Source of the DNA: an uncultured Clostridiaceae bacterium
Lineage (GTDB): Bacteria; Bacillota; Clostridia; Ch29
Assembly: GCA_964508195.1 (NCBI GenBank)
Contig: CAZDSH010000001.1
Coordinates: 514 to 64,513, forward strand
Length of the DNA: 64,000 nt
Direction: 5' to 3'
Below the pieces are notes generated by a model. That model saw nothing but the letters and a program-made list of their open reading frames with translations, was not told the DNA's origin and did not search any database. This document shows, piece by piece, positions 56,979 through 64,000 of this stretch. The position numbers were made by a program, and so were the translations under genes. Within the stretch, counting starts at the first letter, position 1, and every line of letters starts with the position of its first letter.

Positions 56979-59075
56979 TCACGGGGTTCGCGCCTTAGTT
57001 TTGTTAGTGGACGTATCTTTGTAATTCTGACACTTTTCGTTTAAACATACTAGATTCTCGTCCTTTTTGCCCCTTGTTTCCCAAAGCTGCTCCTTACATA
57101 GATCACATTTTTTATCCGATGGTCTATGCCATGTCATGAAATCGCATTTAGGATAATTGCTACACCCATAGAATATGCGCCCTCTTTTAGTCCTCTTTAT
57201 TACTACATCACCGCCGCACTTTGGGCACTTTACTCCAACCTTTTCGAGGAAGGGTTTAGTGTTTCTACACTGGGGAAACCCTGGGCAGGCCAAAAATTTG
57301 CCGTATCTACCGTGTTTTATAATCATATTTTTACCACATAGTTCACATATCTCATCGGTCTTAGTTTCTTCGATTTCGATCTTTTCCATGCTCTTTTCCG
57401 CCTGCTCTATCATCGTCTCTAGGGGCCTATAAAAATCCTCCACAACTTTTTGCCACCGGATGCCCTTCTCCTCTATTTCATCGAGTTTTTCCTCCATTTC
57501 CGCCGTAAAGTCTACATCAACAATATCCTTAAAGTATTCGGTCATGACCTCGTTAACAACCTTACCTAGATATGTCGGTACCAGGGACCTTTTATCCTTT
57601 TCTACGTATCCCCGTTGGAGGACCGTTGATATCACCGGGGCATAGGTACTGGGTCGCCCGATACCGTCATCCTCTAGGGATTTTATAAGGGAGGCCTCTG
57701 TATACCTTGCAGGGGGCTTTGTGAAATATTGCTTATCCTCTAGTTTTTTAGTTTTGAGTTCATCTTTAACGTTTAAGGGCGGTATAATGTCCTGATCTTT
57801 TTTCGAATCCTCTCCTAACACCTCCAGGAAACCTTTAAATATAAGGGTTACACCCGAGGCTCTAAAAAGATAATCGTTACATTCGATGCTAAGGCTCTGT
57901 GTATCATACCGGGCATCACTCATCTGGGATGCAACGAACCGTTTCCAAATCATATTATATATTTTGAATTGGTCCGATGTCAGGGATTCTTTAATACTCT
58001 CCGGCGTCTTCGTTACCATGGTTGGCCTTATAGCCTCATGGGCGTCCTGGGTCCTTTTTTTGCCCCTGAAGTACCGATGCTTGTCGGGCATAAAATCCTT
58101 TCCCCATTTTTCGCCTATAAACTCTCGCACCTGATTCAATGCGGTCTCCGATATCCTTACGGAATCAGTTCTCATATAAGTTATAAGTCCCTCGGTTCCT
58201 ATACCCTTTATATCCACACCCTCGTATAGCTGCTGGGCTGCTGCCATAGTCCTTCTTACGGTAAAACCCAGCCTATTATGCGCATCCTGCTGCAGGCTAC
58301 TCGTCGTATAGGGTGGGTTCGGCCTACGGGATTTTTTGCCCCTCTTTATGTCCGATACTACAAATCGTCCGCCCTTTATAGCTTTTAGTACCTCCGCCAT
58401 CTCCTCCTTCGTGGAGATGTTTAGTTTGTTTCCCTTATGGGAATGGAGCTCTACCTTGAAGCTGTTTTTTTTGTTATCCTTGTACAAATGCGCAAAAAGT
58501 CGCCAGTACTCCTCGGGCACAAAGCTATCTATTTGGGCTTCGCGATCGCATATAAGTTTAAGGGCCACCGACTGTACCCTACCGGCGCTAAGGCCTTTCC
58601 TTACCTTTTTCCATAGTAAAGGACTTATCCCGTAACCTAACAAGCGGTCAACGATCCTACGAGCTTGTTGGGCCTCTACTAACCTATTATCTATGGGCCT
58701 TGGATTTTTAACGGCTTTTTTTATTGCGTCCTTTGTTATTTCATTGAACTCTATCCTACAAGGGGATTCCATATCTAAGTTTAAGGCATAGGCAAGGTGC
58801 CATGAGATAGCCTCGCCCTCCCTGTCCGGGTCTGTTGCAAGGAGTACCTTATCCGCTTCTTTTGCCCTTTTTTTAATCCTGTTCAGTATAGGACCCTTGC
58901 CCCTTATTGTAATAAACTTAGGTTCAAAATCTTTTTCCTTATCCACCCCCATTTGACTCTTCGGCAGGTCTCGGATATGTCCCATAGAGGCCTCTACTTT
59001 GTAGCTTCTACCTAGGAATTTTTTAATGGTCTTTGCTTTAGCAGGGGATTCTACTATTACAAGACATTTTGTCAA
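56979..59075 (-). CDS. topA: DNA topoisomerase I
   Basis: Toprim motifs (LVIVESPAKAKTI, DPDREGE), active-site Tyr context ITYMRTDS, and three C-terminal CxxC...CxxC zinc ribbons. Confidence 0.97.
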   Translation of the reverse strand: MTKCLVIVESPAKAKTIKKFLGRSYKVEASMGHIRDLPKSQMGVDKEKDFEPKFITIRGKGPILNRIKKRAKEADKVLLATDPDREGEAISWHLAYALNLDMESPCRIEFNEITKDAIKKAVKNPRPIDNRLVEAQQARRIVDRLLGYGISPLLWKKVRKGLSAGRVQSVALKLICDREAQIDSFVPEEYWRLFAHLYKDNKKNSFKVELHSHKGNKLNISTKEEMAEVLKAIKGGRFVVSDIKRGKKSRRPNPPYTTSSLQQDAHNRLGFTVRRTMAAAQQLYEGVDIKGIGTEGLITYMRTDSVRISETALNQVREFIGEKWGKDFMPDKHRYFRGKKRTQDAHEAIRPTMVTKTPESIKESLTSDQFKIYNMIWKRFVASQMSDARYDTQSLSIECNDYLFRASGVTLIFKGFLEVLGEDSKKDQDIIPPLNVKDELKTKKLEDKQYFTKPPARYTEASLIKSLEDDGIGRPSTYAPVISTVLQRGYVEKDKRSLVPTYLGKVVNEVMTEYFKDIVDVDFTAEMEEKLDEIEEKGIRWQKVVEDFYRPLETMIEQAEKSMEKIEIEETKTDEICELCGKNMIIKHGRYGKFLACPGFPQCRNTKPFLEKVGVKCPKCGGDVVIKRTKRGRIFYGCSNYPKCDFMTWHRPSDKKCDLCKEQLWETRGKKDENLVCLNEKCQNYKDTSTNKTKARTP

Positions 59076-59090
59076 TTAACTGCACCTCCG

Positions 59091-60197
59091 TCATTCAATG
59101 ATTATGAAATAGTTTCCGGGCAATCTCTGTATATAGCCCTCCGCCTCTAGATAAGTAAGCTGGGTGTTCAATTCAGATATCTTAAGGGAGCTTTCGGCTA
59201 GTAGCTCTTCAATATGAATTGGCTGTGACCCTATAAATTCTAATATTTTAAATTCCGTCTTAGATGCGATGTTACTATTATTATTTGTGCGAAGTATTGT
59301 ATCCTTGCTAACTATATTTTTCAGCGTTACTGCGGGGAATTCTTCGAGGATGTCCTCTACATCCTTTACAATCTTAGCCCCTTGCTTTATCAGATCATTC
59401 GTGCCGGCACTCGTGGCACTGTTTATATTTCCGGGTACAGCAAATACTTCACGGTTTTGTTCCAAAGCAAAATCCGCGGTAATAAGTGCCCCACTCCTTT
59501 CAGAGGCCTCCACTACAACTACCCCTAGGGACAGCCCACTTATCAGCCTATTTCTGGCGGGGAAGTTACCCCTTAAAGGACTCGTCCCCAGCGGATATTC
59601 GCTCACGAGCAACCCGTCTTTAGGGATGTCCTTCATAAGTTGGAAATTCTCCCGGGGGTACACTATGTCTAATCCATTGCCCATCACCGCTATGGTGGCA
59701 CCGCCTACGGATAACGCACCTTTATGCGCATAGCTGTCGATACCCCTAGCCAGGCCGCTTACTATTACTAATCCGGTCCTCGCTAACTGCCCCGCCAGCT
59801 TAAAAGCTATTTTTTTTCCGTAATAACTAGCGTTCCTTGAGCCGACAATAGCTATACAATTTCCCTTTAGAAGGTTTTGGTTACCCTTTGTATAAAGGAG
59901 ATAGGGTGGGTTATATATTTCCCTCAACAGATCGGGATAATGCTCCGAAGATAGGGATACAGTCGATATATTATGCCTTTTAAGGTTATCCATGTTCCAT
60001 TTTAGCCTTTTTTCGTTCTTACTTGCGGTTATCATATTACATAGCCCTGCATCTATGCCCTTAACTTTCCTTAGGGCATCCCCTCGGGCATCCCAAACTG
60101 ATTTTGCGGAACCAAAATGTTCGATGAGCCGTTTTATTCGAATGCCGCCTAAATGCTTTATCCCCGATAGCCAAACCAAATATTTATCCTGTTCCAT
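59091..60197 (-). CDS. dprA: DNA-processing protein DprA (Smf)
   Basis: 368 aa with the Rossmann-like DprA core (IVSGLARGIDSYAHKGAL, SGALITADFALEQNREVFAVPG) and a C-terminal winged-helix region. Confidence 0.93.
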   Translation of the reverse strand: MEQDKYLVWLSGIKHLGGIRIKRLIEHFGSAKSVWDARGDALRKVKGIDAGLCNMITASKNEKRLKWNMDNLKRHNISTVSLSSEHYPDLLREIYNPPYLLYTKGNQNLLKGNCIAIVGSRNASYYGKKIAFKLAGQLARTGLVIVSGLARGIDSYAHKGALSVGGATIAVMGNGLDIVYPRENFQLMKDIPKDGLLVSEYPLGTSPLRGNFPARNRLISGLSLGVVVVEASERSGALITADFALEQNREVFAVPGNINSATSAGTNDLIKQGAKIVKDVEDILEEFPAVTLKNIVSKDTILRTNNNSNIASKTEFKILEFIGSQPIHIEELLAESSLKISELNTQLTYLEAEGYIQRLPGNYFIIIE

Positions 60198-60220
60198 AAT
60201 ATACTATCCCCCCTTGTGTA

Positions 60221-61744
60221 TCAGTTGCTAATTCTGTATTGAAGTGCTTCGGCAATATCTTGGGTTGTTACATGTTCCCTGTTGGCAAGATCGGCTATGG
60301 TTCTAGCTACCTTCAACACTTTTACGTAGCCCCTTGCACTTAGATCGAACTTTTTATACGTCCTGTTCAAAAAATCCATAGCCTTCGCATTTATGTTACA
60401 ACATTTATCAATATCCCCTATGGATAACTGGGAATTGTACATAATGTTTTTTCCCTTCAATCTATTATACTGAATCTTCCGGGCCCTAAGCACCCTTTCC
60501 TTTATCTGTGCCGATGGGACGCCGCTGTCCCTTTGTTCAAGGTCCTCTATAGGCACCCGGGATACCTCTACGTGCAGATCAATCCTATCCATTAACGGTC
60601 CGGAAATCCTTCCGAAGTATCTTTGTATATCCCTCGGCGAGCACCGGCACTCCCGGATGGGATCGCTATAATAGCCGCAGGGACAAGGGTTAGCACTGGC
60701 GGCTAACAAAAATTTAGCCGGGAAGGAAAAGGTTGCACTTATCCTCGAAACGGTTATTATTTCGTTTTCCACGGGCTGACGGAGGGCCTCTAGGACTCTT
60801 CGTGGAAACTCCGGTAGCTCGTCTAGGAACAAAACACCCTGATGGGCGAGGCTGATCTCTCCGGGTTTAGGTACGCTGCCGCCGCCTACTAATGAAGCCG
60901 CAGAGATAGTATGGTGGGGCGCTCTAAAGGGGGGATTTTTTATCGCTGATTTGCCCTTAAGCTTACCCGCAATGCTATATATCTTGGTCACCTCTAGGGA
61001 CTGTTCATCGTTAAGATCCGGCAGTATCGTGGGCAACCTTTTAACGAGCATTGTTTTGCCCGAACCCGGCGGCCCTATAAGTATAATGTTGTGCATCCCC
61101 GCTGCGGCTATTTCCAGGGCCCTTTTTACGTTCTCCTGGCCCCTTACATCAATAAAATCAATCCCCCCCTGGGCAACATCTTCCTCCGGCTTTTCAGCGG
61201 GTATATAACCCTTATATTGATCGGGGTTTTCCAAAAAGTTTACCGTATCCCTAAGGGTCTTTACCCCGATGATCTCCATCCCCTTAGCGATAGATGCCTC
61301 TTTTGCATTATCCCGGGGCAGTACAATCCTTTTAAAGCCCATTTCCCTAAGCGTAATAGCCATAGTCAATATTCCCTTTACGCCTTTAATCTGGCCGCCT
61401 AGGGATAGCTCGCCTATAAAAGCCGTATCCTCCATAGACAGGGCGGGCAAAACCTGCCCCGAGGATAGCAAAATCCCCAGGGCTATTGGTAAATCATAAA
61501 AAGCCCCCTCTTTTCGTATATCCGCTGGGGCCATATTAACAGTTATTCTGTTTGAAGGAAACTCCATCCCGGAATTCTTAATAGCGGACCTTACCCTTTC
61601 CTTTGATTCGCTTACAGAGGCATCGGGCAGCCCCACGATTGAGCAGGTGGGTAGCCCCCTGGATATAAAGGTTTCGACTTCGACACAGAAACCCTCTAGA
61701 CCGAAAAAGCAGCAACTGTATATTTTGGACAACAATGGGATCAC
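60221..61744 (-). CDS. comM: YifB/ComM family Mg-chelatase-like AAA+ ATPase
   Basis: Lon-protease-like N-domain, Walker A motif GPPGSGKTM, and a ChlI-like core (GVLFLDELPEF). The start is uncertain: GTG 61744, or a TTG 9-12 nt downstream behind GAGGTGA. Confidence 0.92.
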   Translation of the reverse strand: MIPLLSKIYSCCFFGLEGFCVEVETFISRGLPTCSIVGLPDASVSESKERVRSAIKNSGMEFPSNRITVNMAPADIRKEGAFYDLPIALGILLSSGQVLPALSMEDTAFIGELSLGGQIKGVKGILTMAITLREMGFKRIVLPRDNAKEASIAKGMEIIGVKTLRDTVNFLENPDQYKGYIPAEKPEEDVAQGGIDFIDVRGQENVKRALEIAAAGMHNIILIGPPGSGKTMLVKRLPTILPDLNDEQSLEVTKIYSIAGKLKGKSAIKNPPFRAPHHTISAASLVGGGSVPKPGEISLAHQGVLFLDELPEFPRRVLEALRQPVENEIITVSRISATFSFPAKFLLAASANPCPCGYYSDPIRECRCSPRDIQRYFGRISGPLMDRIDLHVEVSRVPIEDLEQRDSGVPSAQIKERVLRARKIQYNRLKGKNIMYNSQLSIGDIDKCCNINAKAMDFLNRTYKKFDLSARGYVKVLKVARTIADLANREHVTTQDIAEALQYRISN

Positions 61745-61781
61745 CTCGTTACCAATTCCATATTATAGCATCAATAGGTCT

Positions 61782-61790
61782 ATTATAACA
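61782..61790 (-). promoter_or_regulatory. candidate extended -10 element (TGtTATAAT) upstream of comM
   Basis: Minus-strand TGTTATAAT at 61790-61782, ~40 nt upstream of the comM start. The -35 is poor (GGGACA). Confidence 0.3.
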
Positions 61791-61842
61791 ACCTAAATTT
61801 TTTGTCCCATACTTACCCCTTATAAAATAAAATATATAGCAC

Positions 61843-62211
61843 CTATATCACGGCATCAAAGGCACCCTTTAGGAGGCGTATTTCCTTTATACCGCTTTTC
61901 CGTAGCATTATTTCTACTACATCGAAGCGTACTTGCTCATAAAAGATTCTGTTTCGGTGTAAATAGGACAGGGCCACCCTTGTAAGCCTCCGTTGTTTGG
62001 CATGGTTAACAGCCTCAGCGGGGGTACCGTATCGTATACTGCGCCGGGTCTTTACCTCTATGAAAGCGAGTACATCCCTATCGAGGGCTATTATATCAAT
62101 CTCCCCCTGTTTATCCCTATAGTTAACCTTTACTATTTCGTAGCCCATATCCTTAAGATATTGAACTGCAGCCCCTTCGCCGGATTTGCCTATGGATTTA
62201 TTGCACATCAT
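61843..62211 (-). CDS. yraN: YraN family (UPF0102) endonuclease-like protein
   Basis: 122 aa with GEIDIIA...FIEVKTR, a restriction-endonuclease-like fold signature. Confidence 0.85.
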   Translation of the reverse strand: MMCNKSIGKSGEGAAVQYLKDMGYEIVKVNYRDKQGEIDIIALDRDVLAFIEVKTRRSIRYGTPAEAVNHAKQRRLTRVALSYLHRNRIFYEQVRFDVVEIMLRKSGIKEIRLLKGAFDAVI

Positions 62212-62480
62212 GGGCCCTCATCCCCTTTTTTATGATCAAGCCAATATACAAAGGAAAGTATTTCTGCGACTACCTCGTAAAGCTCTGGCGGTATTTCCTT
62301 TCCTATTCCCAATGTACCTAGCTTTATAGCAAGATCCTTTTTTGCATAAAGGGGCACCCCGGCATTGGCGGCTATCTCTATTATCCTATCGGCTAAAGGT
62401 CCTTCACCGTAGGCGGACACCCTGGGGGCCCTATCACCGCCGCTGTATTTTAAAGATGCTGCAATCCGTTTATTGGTCAT
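62208..62480 (-). CDS. stand-alone FlhB C-terminal (FlhB-CC) domain protein (EscU/YscU/HrcU family; YlqH/FlhX-like)
   Basis: The 90-aa sequence aligns with residues after the NPTH site of the FlhB in this window. RIAASLKYSGGDRAPRVSAYGEGPLADRIIEIAANAGVPL...IPPELYEVVAEILSFVY matches HFAVALKYDPDKAKAPYVLAKGKNLIALRIKELAKENDVYT...IPPALYQAVAEVLAFVY. It has no TM domain and no NPTH. Confidence 0.85.
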   Translation of the reverse strand: MTNKRIAASLKYSGGDRAPRVSAYGEGPLADRIIEIAANAGVPLYAKKDLAIKLGTLGIGKEIPPELYEVVAEILSFVYWLDHKKGDEGP

Positions 62481-62484
62481 TGGT

Positions 62485-63882
62485 TTACACCTTCAGATCA
62501 ATAATTTTATCGCCGGCCCACGGCCTTTTTGTTGTGTTGCTATAAAACTCTATAGGGCCTACATTAAAGCCTAATTTTTTTAGGCCGTGCTCCAGAATAT
62601 CTACATCCCCTTCGATGAGCTTCGTTATTTCTCTATCCCTGACGAAGAATTTGCATTTAATATTTTTTTGTTCGATTTTTACGTGTATTTTTATATCCCC
62701 TAGATTTAACGTACCGGTATCAATCTCCAGTCCAAGGGTTTCGTTTTTGGTATTTTCATTATTCCCTTTACCCCTATCCTTTTTAATGAAACAACTTTTA
62801 AATTCTTCGCCTAGAAGGAAGTGCAAAATACAAATATTTTGATCCCTAAGGATCTCCTCTAAAAGGGCTGCCCTCTGTAATAATAATTCCTTTGCAGCCC
62901 ATTGGCGAGGATTGTTCCCTTTGATCTCTTTGGCTTTGTTCAATATATTTTTTATATTAACGGGCTTTAACCTAGGCGGTCTATCCCCGACAATTTCCCT
63001 TTTAAATGATGTGCCCTTTGCAGTCGGTTTTCTCGGAAGTATATCCCCGGGGGATACATCCCTAGAAAACATCTTAGCCTTTCTTCCATCGTCGCCTTCA
63101 TTGCTATCCCTCAGGGGGTCCGTGTTCTGTTGTTTTCCCCGCGATATACGCATATCATCGGTCTTCCCATAAAGGAATTTCAACAATGCCTCCGGGAATC
63201 CTTTATTTTCCCGTAGGTTTTTCACTAGTACGAGGTTTGTAAGGTTTATTTTGAACCCATGTTTCACTAAGTTTATTATGTCCTTTACATCGACCTTTGT
63301 AAGGTCCCCTAGGAGCATACTAAATTTTTCGCATTCTGTAACGTCGCCATAGGCCTTTCCTTTAAATCCGTCAAAAAACCACTTTGCCAGCTCATCTATA
63401 GGCATATCAATCGCGTCTAAGGGTGCCGGTATAGAGGAGTCTAAGGGGGGTGCGGCCCTATGTAGTATAAAGTGTATATGTTTTAATGTCCTTTGTACGG
63501 TTTCGGCATTTTCCGAGGTAACGGGCAAACCCCTTTGAACCATTTCATGAATTATAGCTTTATCCCCGGTATAGGGCCAAATACCGTACTTTTCCCCGAG
63601 GCCGAGCCGGGGCTCGAAGGCCCTGTCTTCCTCTGCAAAAAGTGTAAGCTCTATCCTTGTTCCCGCTATTTCTTTAACCTGTAACTTTACGATCTGACCT
63701 GCCTTTAAATCCAAATCCGCCAGTATCCTCGCTCTAATTGTCCTGCTATCGGCTAACAAAAGGAGCAGATCTTTGTCCTCGGCCTTTAGTATTTCAGCCT
63801 CAAAAATATCCCCTACCCCCGGGAACGAAATATTATCCATTGCCTTTGTAATAAATTCTGCCGTAATAGATTTTAGTTCCAT
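62485..63882 (-). CDS. FliK-like (flagellar hook-length control C-terminal domain-like) protein, YlqG-position
   Basis: ~465 aa. The C-terminal ~70 aa ([57 protein letters not shown]) follow the Flg_hook pattern seen in the fliK of this window. Start set at ATG 63882, 8 nt after GGAGG, overlapping the rnhB stop by 10 nt. Confidence 0.6.
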   Translation of the reverse strand: MELKSITAEFITKAMDNISFPGVGDIFEAEILKAEDKDLLLLLADSRTIRARILADLDLKAGQIVKLQVKEIAGTRIELTLFAEEDRAFEPRLGLGEKYGIWPYTGDKAIIHEMVQRGLPVTSENAETVQRTLKHIHFILHRAAPPLDSSIPAPLDAIDMPIDELAKWFFDGFKGKAYGDVTECEKFSMLLGDLTKVDVKDIINLVKHGFKINLTNLVLVKNLRENKGFPEALLKFLYGKTDDMRISRGKQQNTDPLRDSNEGDDGRKAKMFSRDVSPGDILPRKPTAKGTSFKREIVGDRPPRLKPVNIKNILNKAKEIKGNNPRQWAAKELLLQRAALLEEILRDQNICILHFLLGEEFKSCFIKKDRGKGNNENTKNETLGLEIDTGTLNLGDIKIHVKIEQKNIKCKFFVRDREITKLIEGDVDILEHGLKKLGFNVGPIEFYSNTTKRPWAGDKIIDLKV

Positions 63883-64000
63883 TTGGCCTGCCTCCGGATA
63901 TTTTCTAAAAAGGTATCCCGGTGTACGGGACACGGTCCGTGTTTTAGAAGCGCTAACCGATGTTCCTCTGTTCCATAGCCTTTATTCCGCCGGAAATTGT
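63873..64000 (-). CDS. rnhB: ribonuclease HII, C-terminal end only (rest beyond the window edge)
   Basis: My own translation of the minus strand gives ...[41 protein letters not shown]. It shows the RNase HII C-terminal pattern GYGTxxHxxAL..G....HR.(S/T)F. Confidence 0.75.
   Translation of the reverse strand, partial: NFRRNKGYGTEEHRLALLKHGPCPVHRDTFLENIRRQAKWN

Overview
Core-genome window from an AT-leaning Firmicute with Clostridia/Bacillus-type gene order. All of the roughly 70 supported CDS lie on the minus strand as one co-directional array. No tRNA, rRNA, CRISPR array, IS element, prophage or defence-island signature was seen.

In transcription order (high to low coordinates) the window holds:
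- rnhB (3' end), a FliK-like protein, an FlhB C-terminal-like 90-aa protein, yraN, comM/yifB, dprA and topA, ending in a strong terminator.
- A ~380-nt leader with an extended -10 promoter, a candidate c-di-GMP-I (GEMM-I) riboswitch and an intrinsic terminator.
- A ~32-kb flagellar/chemotaxis super-operon: flgB flgC fliE fliF fliG fliH fliI fliJ ylxF-like fliK flgD TIGR02530-like flgE flbD motA motB fliL fliM fliY cheY fliO fliP fliQ fliR flhB flhA flhF flhG PilZ cheB cheA cheW cheC cheD 2TM-ORF fliA.
- Four uncharacterised genes after fliA: FapA/DUF342, a 100-aa Q/K-rich protein, a TM+HTH protein and an MltG-N-like protein.
- The housekeeping block rpsB tsf pyrH frr (61-aa ORF) uppS cdsA dxr rseP ispG proS GT2 polC rimP nusA ylxR infB rbfA nrnA truB ribF rpsO pnp (5' part).

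Every plus-strand ORF in the supplied track is an antisense shadow ORF. Several track ORFs carry spurious N-terminal extensions, which I trimmed using Shine-Dalgarno positions.

I found no convincing novel multi-gene system. The points most worth follow-up are:
- the riboswitch candidate in front of flgB, together with an in-operon PilZ gene;
- the orphan FliK-like/FlhB-CC-like pair;
- the post-fliA four-gene module;
- GC-rich alternative hairpins between flgE and flbD.

All calls come from reading motifs by eye. No database search was run.
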